From the human T2T-CHM13v2.0 reference genome, Homo sapiens: DNA of 64,000 bases. Within the stretch, counting starts at the first letter, position 1. Every line of letters starts with the position of its first letter. The stretch is taken from assembly GCF_009914755.1 (NCBI RefSeq), contig NC_060940.1; one strand, 5' to 3'. Shown here one piece after another: positions 40,301 through 54,012 of this stretch. The notes below the pieces were generated by a model. It had not been told where the DNA came from. It saw only the letters and a program-made list of their open reading frames with translations, and searched no databases. Both the position numbers and the translations under genes were made by a program.

Positions 40301-43300
40301 AGATTTGAAACACTCTTTTTGTGGAATTTGCAAGTGGAGATTTCAAGCGCTTCGATGCCAATGGTAGAAAAGGAAATATCTTCGTAGAAAAACAAGACAA
40401 ACTCGTTCCCAGACACTGCGTAGTGATGTGTGTGTTTAACTCACAGAGTTTAACCTTTCTTTTCATACAGCATTCTGGAAACCCTGTGTTTGTAAAGTCT
40501 GCAAGTGGATATTTGGACCTCTTAGATGCCTTCGTTGGAAACGGGATTTCTTCATATAATGCTAGAGGGAAGAATTCTTAGTAACTTCTTTGTGTTGTGT
40601 GTATTCAACTGACAGAGTTGAACCTTCCTTTAGACAGAGCAGATTTGAAAGTCTCTTTTTGTGGAATTTGCAAGTGGAGATTTCAAGCGCTTTGAGGCCA
40701 AAAGCAGAAAAGGAAATATTTTCCTATAAAAACTCGACAGAATCTTTCTCAGAAACTGCTCTGGGATGTGTGCGTTCAACTCACAGAGTTTAACTTTTCT
40801 TTTCATTCAGCAGTTTGGAAACACTCTGTTTGGAAAGTCTGCACGTGGATATTTTGACCTCTTTGAGGCCTTCGTTGGAAACGGGTTTTTTTCATGTAAG
40901 GCTAGACAGAAGAAATCTCAGTAACTTCCTTGTGTTGTGTGTATTCAACTGACAGAGTTGAACCTTCCTTTAGACAGAGCAGATTCGAAACACTCTTTTT
41001 CTGCAATTTGCAAGTGGAGACTTCAAGCGCTTTGAGGCCAAAGGCAGAAAAGGAAATATCTTCGTATAAAAACCCGACAGAATCATTCTCAGAAACTGCT
41101 CTGTGATGTGTGCGTTCAACTCACAGAGTTTAACTTTTCTTTTCATTCAGCAGTTTGGAAACACTCTGTTTGTAAAGTCTGCAAGTGGATATCTTGGCCT
41201 CTTAGAGGCCTTCGTTGGAAACGGGTTTTTTCATGTAAGGTTAGACAGAGGAATTCCCAGTAACTTCCTTGTGTTGTGTGCATTCAACTCACAGAGTTGA
41301 ATGATTCTTTACACAGAGCAGATTTGAGACACTCTTTTGGTGGAATTTGTAAGTGGAGAATTCAGCCGCTTTGAGGTCAACAGTAGAAAAGGAAATATCT
41401 TCGTATAAAAACTAGACAGAATGATTCTCAGAAACTGTTTTGTGATGTGTGCGTTCAACTCACAGAGTTTAACCTTTCTTTTCAAAGAGCAGTTAGGAAA
41501 CACTCTGTTTGTAAAGTCTGCAAGTGGATATTCAGACCTCTTTGAGGCCTTCGTTGGAAACGGGATTTCTTCATATTATGCTAGACAGATGAATTCTCAG
41601 TAACTTCCTTGTGTTGTGTGTATTCAACTCACAGAGTTGAACGATCCTTTACACAGAGCAGATTTGAAACACTGTTTTTCTGGAATTTGCAAGTGGAGAT
41701 TTCAGCCGCTTTGAGGTCAATGGTAGAAAAGGAAATATCTTCGTATAAAAACTAGACAGAATGATTCTCAGAAACTCCTTTGTGATGTGTGCGTTCAACT
41801 CACAGAGTTTAACCTTTCTTTTCACAGAGCAGTTAGGAAACACTCTGTTTGTGAAGCCTGCCAGTGGATATTCGGACCTCTTTGAGGCCTTCGTTGGAAA
41901 CGGGATTTCTTCATATTATGCTAGACAGAAGATTTCTCAGTAACTTCTTTGTGTTGTGTGTATGCAACTCACAGAGTTCAACCTTCCTTTAGACAGAGCA
42001 GATTTGAAACACTCTTTTTGTGGAATTTGCAAGTGGAGATTTCAAGCGCTTCGATGCCAATGGTAGAAAAGGAAATATCTTCATATAAAAACAAGACAAA
42101 CTCGTTCCCAGACACTGCGTAGTGATGTGTGTGTTTAACTCACAGAGTTTAACCTTTCTTTTCATACAGCATTCTGGAAACCCTGTGTTTGTAAAGTCTG
42201 CAAGTGGATATTTGGACCTCTTAGATGCCTTCGTTGGAAACGGGATTTCTTCATATAATGCTAGAGGGAAGAATTCTTAGTAACTTCTTTGTGTTGTGTG
42301 TATTCAACTGACAGAGTTGAACCTTCCTTTAGACAGAGCAGATTTGAAAGTCTCTTTTTGTGGAATTTGCAAGTGGAGATTTCAAGCGCTTTGAGGCCAA
42401 AAGCAGAAAAGGAAATATTTTCCTATAAAAACTCGACAGAATCTTTCTCAGAAACTGCTCTGGGATGTGTGCGTTCAACTCACAGAGTTTAACTTTTCTT
42501 TTCATTCAGCAGTTTGGAAACACTCTGTTTGGAAAGTCTGCACGTGGATATTTTGACCTCTTTGAGGCCTTCGTTGGAAACGGGTTTTTTTCATGTAAGG
42601 CTAGACAGAAGAAATCTCAGTAACTTCCTTGTGTTGTGTGTATTCAACTGACAGAGTTGAACCTTCCTTTAGACAGAGCAGATTCGAAACACTCTTTTTC
42701 TGCAATTTGCAAGTGGAGACTTCAAGCGCTTTGAGGCCAAAGGCAGAAAAGGAAATATCTTCGTATAAAAACCCGACAGAATCATTCTCAGAAACTGCTC
42801 TGTGATGTGTGCGTTCAACTCACAGAGTTTAACTTTTCTTTTCATTCAGCAGTTTGGAAACACTCTGTTTGTAAAGTCTGCAAGTGGATATCTTGGCCTC
42901 TTAGAGGCCTTCGTTGGAAGCGGGTTTTTTCATGTAAGGATAGACAGAGGAATTCCCAGTAACTTCCTTGTGTTGTGTGCATTCAACTCACAGAGTTGAA
43001 TGATTCTTTACACAGAGCAGATTTGAGACACTCTTTTGGTGGAATTTGTAAGTGGAGAATTCAGCTGCTTTGAGGTCAACGGTAGAAAAGGAAATATCTT
43101 CGTATAAAAACTAGACAGAATGATTCTCAGAAACTGTTTTGTGATGTGTGCGTTCAACTCACAGAGTTTAACCTTTCTTTTCAAAGAGCAGTTAGGAAAC
43201 ACTCTGTTTGTAAAGTCTGCAAGTGGATATTCAGACCTCTTTGAGGCCTTCGTTGGAAACGGGATTTCTTCATATTATGCTAGACAGATGAATTCTCAGT

Positions 43301-46300
43301 AACTTCCTTGTGTTGTGTGTATTCAACTCACAGAGTTGAACGATCCTTTACACAGAGCAGATTTGAAACACTGTTTTTCTGGAATTTGCAAGTGGAGATT
43401 TCAGCCGCTTTGAGGTCAATGGTAGAAAAGGAAATATCTTCGTATAAAAACTAGACAGAATGATTCTCAGAAACTCCTTTGTGATGTGTGCGTTCAACTC
43501 ACAGAGTTTAACCTTTCTTTTCACAGAGCAGTTAGGAAACACTCTGTTTGTGAAGCCTGCCAGTGGATATTCGGACCTCTTTGAGGCCTTCGTTGGAAAC
43601 GGGATTTCTTCATATTATGCTAGACAGAAGATTTCTCAGTAACTTCTTTGTGTTGTGTGTATGCAACTCACAGAGTTCAACCTTCCTTTAGACAGAGCAG
43701 ATTTGAAACACTCTTTTTGTGGAATTTGCAAGTGGAGATTTCAAGCGCTTCGATGCCAATGGTAGAAAAGGAAATATCTTCGTATAAAAACAAGACAAAC
43801 TCGTTCCCAGACACTGCGTAGTGATGTGGGTGTTTAACTCACAGAGTTTAACCTTTCTTTTCATACAGCATTCTGGAAACCCTGTGTTTGTAAAGTCTGC
43901 AAGTGGATATTTGGACCTCTTAGATGCCTTCGTTGGAAACGGGATTTCTTCATATAATGCTAGAGGGAAGAATTCTTAGTAACTTCTTTGTGTTGTGTGT
44001 ATTCAACTGACAGAGTTGAACCTTCCTTTAGACAGAGCAGATTTGAAAGTCTCTTTTTGTGGAATTTGCAAGTGGAGATTTCAAGCGCTTTGAGGCCAAA
44101 AGCAGAAAAGGAAATATTTTCCTATAAAAACTCGACAGAATCTTTCTCAGAAACTGCTCTGGGATGTGTGCGTTCAACTCACAGAGTTTAACTTTTCTTT
44201 TCATTCAGCAGTTTGGAAACACTCTGTTTGGAAAGTCTGCACGTGGATATTTTGACCTCTTTGAGGCCTTCGTTGGAAACGGGTTTTTTTCATGTAAGGC
44301 TAGACAGAAGAAATCTCAGTAACTTCCTTGTGTTGTGTGTATTCAACTGACAGAGTTGAACCTTCCTTTAGACAGAGCAGATTCGAAACACTCTTTTTCT
44401 GCAATTTGCAAGTGGAGACTTCAAGCGCTTTGAGGCCAAAGGCAGAAAAGGAAATATCTTCGTATAAAAACCCGACAGAATCATTCTCAGAAACTGCTCT
44501 GTGATGTGTGCGTTCAACTCACAGAGTTTAACTTTTCTTTTCATTCAGCAGTTTGGAAACACTCTGTTTGTAAAGTCTGCAAGTGGATATCTTGGCCTCT
44601 TAGAGGCCTTCGTTGGAAGCGGGTTTTTTCATGTAAGGATAGACAGAGGAATTCCCAGTAACTTCCTTGTGTTGTGTGCATTCAACTCACAGAGTTGAAT
44701 GATTCTTTACACAGAGCAGATTTGAGACACTCTTTTGGTGGAATTTGTAAGTGGAGAATTCAGCCGCTTTGAGGTCAACGGTAGAAAAGGAAATATCTTC
44801 GTATAAAAACTAGACAGAATGATTCTCAGAAACTGTTTTGTGATGTGTGCGTTCAACTCACAGAGTTTAACCTTTCTTTTCAAAGAGCAGTTAGGAAACA
44901 CTCTGTTTGTAAAGTCTGCAAGTGGATATTCAGACCTCTTTGAGGCCTTCGTTGGAAACGGGATTTCTTCATATTATGCTAGACAGATGAATTCTCAGTA
45001 ACTTCCTTGTGTTGTGTGTATTCAACTCACAGAGTTGAACGATCCTTTACACAGAGCAGATTTGAAACACTGTTTTTCTGGAATTTGCAAGTGGAGATTT
45101 CAGCCGCTTTGAGGTCAATGGTAGAAAAGGAAATATCTTCGTATAAAAACTAGACAGAATGATTCTCAGAAACTCCTTTGTGATGTGTGCGTTCAACTCA
45201 CAGAGTTTAACCTTTCTTTTCACAGAGCAGTTAGGAAACACTCTGTTTGTGAAGCCTGCCAGTGGATATTCGGACCTCTTTGAGGCCTTCGTTGGAAACG
45301 GGATTTCTTCATATTATGCTAGACAGAAGATTTCTCAGTAACTTCTTTGTGTTGTGTGTATGCAACTCACAGAGTTCAACCTTCCTTTAGACAGAGCAGA
45401 TTTGAAACACTCTTTTTGTGGAATTTGCAAGTGGAGATTTCAAGCGCTTCGATGCCAATGGTAGAAAAGGAAATATCTTCGTATAAAAACAAGACAAACT
45501 CGTTCCCAGACACTGCGTAGTGATGTGTGTGTTTAACTCACAGAGTTTAACCTTTCTTTTCATACAGCATTCTGGAAACCCTGTGTTTGTAAAGTCTGCA
45601 AGTGGATATTTGGACCTCTTAGATGCCTTCGTTGGAAACGGGATTTCTTCATATAATGCTAGAGGGAAGAATTCTTAGTAACTTCTTTGTGTTGTGTGTA
45701 TTCAACTGACAGAGTTGAACCTTCCTTTAGACAGAGCAGATTTGAAAGTCTCTTTTTGTGGAATTTGCAAGTGGAGATTTCAAGCGCTTTGAGGCCAAAA
45801 GCAGAAAAGGAAATATTTTCCTATAAAAACTCGACAGAATCTTTCTCAGAAACTGCTCTGGGATGTGTGCGTTCAACTCACAGAGTTTAACTTTTCTTTT
45901 CATTCAGCAGTTTGGAAACACTCTGTTTGGAAAGTCTGCACGTGGATATTTTGACCTCTTTGAGGCCTTCGTTGGAAACGGGTTTTTTTCATGTAAGGCT
46001 AGACAGAAGAAATCTCAGTAACTTCCTTGTGTTGTGTGTATTCAACTGACAGAGTTGAACCTTCCTTTAGACAGAGCAGATTCGAAACACTCTTTTTCTG
46101 CAATTTGCAAGTGGAGACTTCAAGCGCTTTGAGGCCAAAGGCAGAAAAGGAAATATCTTCGTATAAAAACCCGACAGAATCATTCTCAGAAACTGCTCTG
46201 TGATGTGTGCGTTCAACTCACAGAGTTTAACTTTTCTTTTCATTCAGCAGTTTGGAAACACTCTGTTTGTAAAGTCTGCAAGTGGATATCTTGGCCTCTT

Positions 46301-47898
46301 AGAGGCCTTCGTTGGAAACGGGTTTTTTCATGTAAGGATAGACAGAGGAATTCCCAGTAACTTCCTTGTGTTGTGTGTATTCAACTCACAGAGTTGAATG
46401 ATTCTTTACACAGAGCAGATTTGAGACACTCTTTTGGTGGAATTTGTAAGTGGAGAATTCAGCCGCTTTGAGGTCAACGGTAGAAAAGGAAATATCTTCG
46501 TATAAAAACTAGACAGAATGATTCTCAGAAACTGTTTTGTGATGTGTGCGTTCAACTCACAGAGTTTAACCTTTCTTTTCAAAGAGCAGTTAGGAAACAC
46601 TCTGTTTGTAAAGTCTGCAAGTGGATATTCAGACCTCTTTGAGGCCTTCGTTGGAAACGGGATTTCTTCATATTATGCTAGACAGATGAATTCTCAGTAA
46701 CTTCCTTGTGTTGTGTGTATTCAACTCACAGAGTTGAACGATCCTTTACACAGAGCAGATTTGAAACACTGTTTTTCTGGAATTTGCAAGTGGAGATTTC
46801 AGCCGCTTTGAGGTCAATGGTAGAAAAGGAAATATCTTCGTATAAAAACTAGACAGAATGATTCTCAGAAACTCCTTTGTGATGTGTGCGTTCAACTCAC
46901 AGAGTTTAACCTTTCTTTTCACAGAGCAGTTAGGAAACACTCTGTTTGTGAAGCCTGCCAGTGGATATTCGGACCTCTTTGAGGCCTTCGTTGGAAACGG
47001 GATTTCTTCATATTATGCTAGACAGAAGATTTCTCAGTAACTTCTTTGTGTTGTGTGTATGCAACTCACAGAGTTCAACCTTCCTTTAGACAGAGCAGAT
47101 TTGAAACACTCTTTTTGTGGAATTTGCAAGTGGAGATTTCAAGCGCTTCGATGCCAATGGTAGAAAAGGAAATATCTTCGTATAAAAACAAGACAAACTC
47201 GTTCCCAGACACTGCGTAGTGATGTGTGTGTTTAACTCACAGAGTTTAACCTTTCTTTTCATACAGCATTCTGGAAACCCTGTGTTTGTAAAGTCTGCAA
47301 GTGGATATTTGGACCTCTTAGATGCCTTCGTTGGAAACGGGATTTCTTCATATAATGCTAGAGGGAAGAATTCTTAGTAACTTCTTTGTGTTGTGTGTAT
47401 TCAACTGACAGAGTTGAACCTTCCTTTAGACAGAGCAGATTTGAAAGTCTCTTTTTGTGGAATTTGCAAGTGGAGATTTCAAGCGCTTTGAGGCCAAAAG
47501 CAGAAAAGGAAGTATTTTCCTATAAAAACTCGACAGAATCTTTCTCAGAAACTGCTCTGGGACGTGTGCGTTCAACTCACAGAGTTTAACTTTTCTTTTC
47601 ATTCAGCAGTTTGGAAACACTCTGTTTGGAAAGTCTGCACGTGGATATTTTGACCTCTTTGAGGCCTTTGTTGGAAACGGGTTTTTTTCATGTAAGGCTA
47701 GACAGAAGAAATCTCAGTAACTTCCTTGTGTTGTGTGTATTCAACTGACAGAGTTGAACCTTCCTTTAGACAGAGCAGATTCGAAACACTCTTTTTCTGC
47801 AATTTGCAAGTGGAGACTTCAAGCGCTTTGAGGCCAAAGGCAGAAAAGGAAATATCTTCGTATAAAAACCCGACAGAATCATTCTCAGAAACTGCTCT

Positions 47899-50616
47899 GT
47901 GATGTGTGCGTTCAACTCACAGAGTTTAACTTTTCTATTCATTCAGCAGTTTGGAAACACTCTGTTTGTAAAGTCTGCAAGTGGATATCTTGGCCTCTTA
48001 GAGGCCTTCGTTGGAAACGGGTTTTTTCATGTAAGGTTAGACAGAGGAATTCCCAGTAACTTCCTTGTGTTGTGTGCATTCAACTCACAGAGTTGAATGA
48101 TTCTTTACACAGAGCAGATTTGAGACACTCTTTTGGTGGAATTTGTAAGTGGAGAATTCAGCCGCTTTGAGGTCAACGGTAGAAAAGGAAATATCTTCGT
48201 ATAAAAACTAGACAGAATGATTCTCAGAAACTCCTTTGTGATGTGTGCGTTCAACTCACAGAGTTTAACCTTTCTTTTCACAGAGCAGTTAGGAAACACT
48301 CTGTTTGTGAAGCCTGCCAGTGGATATTCGGACCTCTTTGAGGCCTTCGTTGGAAACGGGATTTCTTCATATTATGCTAGACAGAAGATTTCTCAGTAAC
48401 TTCTTTGTGTTGTGTGTATGCAACTCACAGAGTTCAACCTTCCTTTAGAGAGAGCAGATTTGAAACACTCTTTTTGTGGAATTTGCAAGTGGAGATTTCA
48501 AGCGCTTCGATGCCAATGGTAGAAAAGGAAATATCTTCGTATAAAAACAAGACAAACTCGTTCCCAGACACTGCGTAGTGATGTGTGTGTTTAACTCACA
48601 GAGTTTAACCTTTCTTTTCATACAGCATTCTGGAAACCCTGTGTTTGTAAAGTCTGCAAGTGGATATTTGGACCTCTTAGATGCCTTCGTTGGAAACGGG
48701 ATTTCTTCATATAATGCTAGAGGGAAGAATTCTTAGTAACTTCTTTGTGTTGTGTGTATTCAACTGACAGAGTTGAACCTTCCTTTAGACAGAGCAGATT
48801 TGAAAGTCTCTTTTTGTGGAATTTGCAAGTGGAGATTTCAAGCGCTTTGAGGCCAAAAGCAGAAAAGGAAGTATTTTCCTATAAAAACTCGACAGAATCT
48901 TTCTCAGAAACTGCTCTGGGACGTGTGCGTTCAACTCACAGAGTTTAACTTTTCTTTTCATTCAGCAGTTTGGAAACACTCTGTTTGGAAAGTCTGCACG
49001 TGGATATTTTGACCTCTTTGAGGCCTTTGTTGGAAACGGGTTTTTTTCATGTAAGGCTAGACAGAAGAAATCTCAGTAACTTCCTTGTGTTGTGTGTATT
49101 CAACTGACAGAGTTGAACCTTCCTTTAGACAGAGCAGATTCGAAACACTCTTTTTCTGCAATTTGCAAGTGGAGACTTCAAGCGCTTTGAGGCCAAAGGC
49201 AGAAAAGGAAATATCTTCGTATAAAAACCCGACAGAATCATTCTCAGAAACTGCTCTGTGATGTGTGCGTTCAACTCACAGAGTTTAACTTTTCTATTCA
49301 TTCAGCAGTTTGGAAACACTCTGTTTGTAAAGTCTGCAAGTGGATATCTTGGCCTCTTAGAGGCCTTCGTTGGAAACGGGTTTTTTCATGTAAGGTTAGA
49401 CAGAGGAATTCCCAGTAACTTCCTTGTGTTGTGTGCATTCAACTCACAGAGTTGAATGATTCTTTACACAGAGCAGATTTGAGACACTCTTTTGGTGGAA
49501 TTTGTAAGTGGAGAATTCAGCCGCTTTGAGGTCAACGGTAGAAAAGGAAATATCTTCGTATAAAAACTAGACAGAATGATTCTCAGAAACTCCTTTGTGA
49601 TGTGTGCGTTCAACTCACAGAGTTTAACCTTTCTTTTCACAGAGCAGTTAGGAAACACTCTGTTTGTGAAGCCTGCCAGTGGATATTCGGACCTCTTTGA
49701 GGCCTTCGTTGGAAACGGGATTTCTTCATATTATGCTAGACAGAAGATTTCTCAGTAACTTCTTTGTGTTGTGTGTATGCAACTCACAGAGTTCAACCTT
49801 CCTTTAGAGAGAGCATATTTGAAACACTCTTTTTGTGGAATTTGCAAGTGGAGATTTCAAGCGCTTCGATGCCAATGGTAGAAAAGGAAATATCTTCGTA
49901 TAAAAACAAGACAAACTCGTTCCCAGACACTGCGTAGTGATGTGTGTGTTTAACTCACAGAGTTTAACCTTTCTTTTCATACAGCATTCTGGAAACCCTG
50001 TGTTTGTAAAGTCTGCAAGTGGATATTTGGACCTCTTAGATGCCTTCGTTGGAAACGGGATTTCTTCATATAATGCTAGAGGGAAGAATTCTTAGTAACT
50101 TCTTTGTGTTGTGTGTATTCAACTGACAGAGTTGAACCTTCCTTTAGACAGAGCAGATTTGAAAGTCTCTTTTTGTGGAATTTGCAAGTGGAGATTTCAA
50201 GCGCTTTGAGGCCAAAAGCAGAAAAGGAAATATTTTCCTATAAAAACTCGACAGAATCTTTCTCAGAAACTGCTCTGGGATGTGTGCGTTCAACTCACAG
50301 AGTTTAACTTTTCTTTTCATTCAGCAGTTTGGAAACACTCTGTTTGGAAAGTCTGCACGTGGATATTTTGACCTCTTTGAGGCCTTCGTTGGAAACGGGT
50401 TTTTTTCATGTAAGGCTAGACAGAAGAAATCTCAGTAACTTCCTTGTGTTGTGTGTATTCAACTGACAGAGTTGAACCTTCCTTTAGACAGAGCAGATTC
50501 GAAACACTCTTTTTCTGCAATTTGCAAGTGGAGACTTCAAGCGCTTTGAGGCCAAAGGCAGAAAAGGAAATATCTTCGTATAAAAACCCGACAGAATCAT
50601 TCTCAGAAACTGCTCT
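47899..50616 (+). repeat. Two tandem 8-mer HOR variants (2 x 1359 bp)
   Basis: Anchors at 47899, 49258 and 50617. Confidence 0.96.
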
Positions 50617-53600
50617 GTGATGTGTGCGTTCAACTCACAGAGTTTAACTTTTCTTTTCATTCAGCAGTTTGGAAACACTCTGTTTGTAAAGTCTGCAAGT
50701 GGATATCTTGGCCTCTTAGAGGCCTTCGTTGGAAACGGGTTTTTTCATGTAAGGTTAGACAGAGGAATTCCCAGTAACTTCCTTGTGTTGTGTGCATTCA
50801 ACTCACAGAGTTGAATGATTCTTTACACAGAGCAGATTTGAGACACTCTTTTGGTGGAATTTGTAAGTGGAGAATTCAGCCGCTTTGAGGTCAACGGTAG
50901 AAAAGGAAATATCTTCGTATAAAAACTAGACAGAATGATTCTCAGAAACTGTTTTGTGATGTGTGCGTTCAACTCACAGAGTTTAACCTTTCTTTTCAAA
51001 GAGCAGTTAGGAAACACTCTGTTTGTAAAGTCTGCAAGTGGATATTCAGACCTCTTTGAGGCCTTCGTTGGAAACGGGATTTCTTCATATTATGCTAGAC
51101 AGATGAATTCTCAGTAACTTCCTTGTGTTGTGTGTATTCAACTCACAGAGTTGAACGATCCTTTACACAGAGCAGATTTGAAACACTGTTTTTCTGGAAT
51201 TTGCAAGTGGAGATTTCAGCCGCTTTGAGGTCAATGGTAGAAAAGGAAATATCTTCGTATAAAAACTAGACAGAATGATTCTCAGAAACTCCTTTGTGAT
51301 GTGTGCGTTCAACTCACAGAGTTTAACCTTTCTTTTCACAGAGCAGTTAGGAAACACTCTGTTTGTGAAGCCTGCCAGTGGATATTCGGACCTCTTTGAG
51401 GCCTTCGTTGGAAACGGGATTTCTTCATATTATGCTAGACAGAAGATTTCTCAGTAACTTCTTTGTGTTGTGTGTATGCAACTCACAGAGTTCAACCTTC
51501 CTTTAGACAGAGCAGATTTGAAACACTCTTTTTGTGGAATTTGCAAGTGGAGATTTCAAGCGCTTCGATGCCAATGGTAGAAAAGGAAATATCTTCGTAT
51601 AAAAACAAGACAAACTCGTTCCCAGACACTGCGTAGTGATGTGTGTGTTTAACTCACAGAGTTTCACCTTTCTTTTCATACAGCATTCTGGAAACCCTGT
51701 GTTTGTAAAGTCTGCAAGTGGATATTTGGACCTCTTAGATGCCTTCGTTGGAAACGGGATTTCTTCATATAATGCTAGAGGGAAGAATTCTTAGTAACTT
51801 CTTTGTGTTGTGTGTATTCAACTGACAGAGTTGAACCTTCCTTTAGACAGAGCAGATTTGAAAGTCTCTTTTTGTGGAATTTGCAAGTGGAGATTTCAAG
51901 CGCTTTGAGGCCAAAAGCAGAAAAGGAAATATTTTCCTATAAAAACTAGACAGAATCTTTCTCAGAAACTGCTCTGGGACGTGTGCGTTCAACTCACAGA
52001 GTTTAACTTTTCTTTTCATTCAGCAGTTTGGAAACACTCTGTTTGGAAAGTCTGCACGTGGATATTTTGACCTCTTTGAGGCCTTCGTTGGAAACGGGTT
52101 TTTTTCATGTAAGGCTAGACAGAAGAAATCTCAGTAACTTCCTTGTGTTGTGTGTATTCAACTGACAGAGTTGAACCTTCCTTTAGACAGAGCAGATTCG
52201 AAACACTCTTTTTCTGCAATTTGCAAGTGGAGACTTCAAGCGCTTTGAGGCCAAAGGCAGAAAAGGAAATATCTTCGTATAAAAACCCGACAGAATCATT
52301 CTCAGAAACTGCTCTGTGATGTGTGCGTTCAACTCACAGAGTTTAACTTTTCTTTTCATTCAGCAGTTTGGAAACACTCTGTTTGTAAAGTCTGCAAGTG
52401 GATATCTTGGCCTCTTAGAGGCCTTCGTTGGAAACGGGTTTTTTCATGTAAGGATAGACAGAGGAATTCCCAGTAACTTCCTTGTGTTGTGTGCATTCAA
52501 CTCACAGAGTTGAATGATTCTTTACACAGAGTAGATTTGAGACACTCTTTTGGTGGAATTTGTAAGTGGAGAATTCAGCCGCTTTGAGGTCAACGGTAGA
52601 AAAGGAAATATCTTCGTATAAAAACTAGACAGAATGATTCTCAGAAACTGTTTTGTGATGTGTGCGTTCAACTCACAGAGTTTAACCTTTCTTTTCAAAG
52701 AGCAGTTAGGAAACACTGTTTGTAAAGTCTGCAAGTGGATATTCAGACCTCTTTGAGGCCTTCGTTGGAAACGGGATTTCTTCATATTATGCTAGACAGA
52801 TGAATTCTCAGTAACTTCCTTGTGTTGTGTGTATTCAACTCACAGAGTTGAACGATCCTTTACACAGAGCAGATTTGAAACACTGTTTTTCTGGAATTTG
52901 CAAGTGGAGATTTCAGCCGCTTTGAGGTCAATGGTAGAAAAGGAAATATCTTCGTATAAAAACTAGACAGAATGATTCTCAGAAACTCCTTTGTGATGTG
53001 TGCGTTCAACTCACAGAGTTTAACCTTTCTTTTCACAGAGCAGTTAGGAAACACTCTGTTTGTGAAGCCTGCCAGTGGATATTCGGACCTCTTTGAGGCC
53101 TTCGTTGGAAACGGGATTTCTTCATATTATGCTAGACAGAAGATTTCTCAGTAACTTCTTTGTGTTGTGTGTATGCAACTCACAGAGTTCAACCTTCCTT
53201 TAGACAGAGCAGATTTGAAACACTCTTTTTGTGGAATTTGCAAGTGGAGATTTCAAGCGCTTCGATGCCAATGGTAGAAAAGGAAATATCTTCGTATAAA
53301 AACAAGACAAACTCGTTCCCAGACACTGCGTAGTGATGTGTGTGTTTAACTCACAGAGTTTCACCTTTCTTTTCATACAGCATTCTGGAAACCCTGTGTT
53401 TGTAAAGTCTGCAAGTGGATATTTGGACCTCTTAGATGCCTTCGTTGGAAACGGGATTTCTTCATATAATGCTAGAGGGAAGAATTCTTAGTAACTTCTT
53501 TGTGTTGTGTGTATTCAACTGACAGAGTTGAACCTTCCTTTAGACAGAGCAGATTTGAAAGTCTCTTTTTGTGGAATTTGCAAGTGGAGATTTCAAGCGC

Positions 53601-54012
53601 TTTGAGGCCAAAAGCAGAAAAGGAAATATTTTCCTATAAAAACTCGACAGAATCTTTCTCAGAAACTGCTCTGGGATGTGTGCGTTCAACTCACAGAGTT
53701 TAACTTTTCTTTTCATTCAGCAGTTTGGAAACACTCTGTTTGGAAAGTCTGCACGTGGATATTTTGACCTCTTTGAGGCCTTCGTTGGAAACGGGTTTTT
53801 TTCATGTAAGGCTAGACAGAAGAAATCTCAGTAACTTCCTTGTGTTGTGTGTATTCAACTGACAGAGTTGAACCTTCCTTTAGACAGAGCAGATTCGAAA
53901 CACTCTTTTTCTGCAATTTGCAAGTGGAGACTTCAAGCGCTTTGAGGCCAAAGGCAGAAAAGGAAATATCTTCGTATAAAAACCCGACAGAATCATTCTC
54001 AGAAACTGCTCT

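Noticed and set aside
37780-46378. Single changes matching sister monomers (AAAGCCTG at 37780; GTGTATT at 46378) as micro-conversions
   Set aside because: Each is one transition and cannot be distinguished from point mutation.
22078-50616. 8-mers as a separate array (D10Z1 or D12Z3 8-mer HORs)
   Set aside because: They are near-identical to the flanking 10-mer minus one dimer, so they are deletion derivatives.
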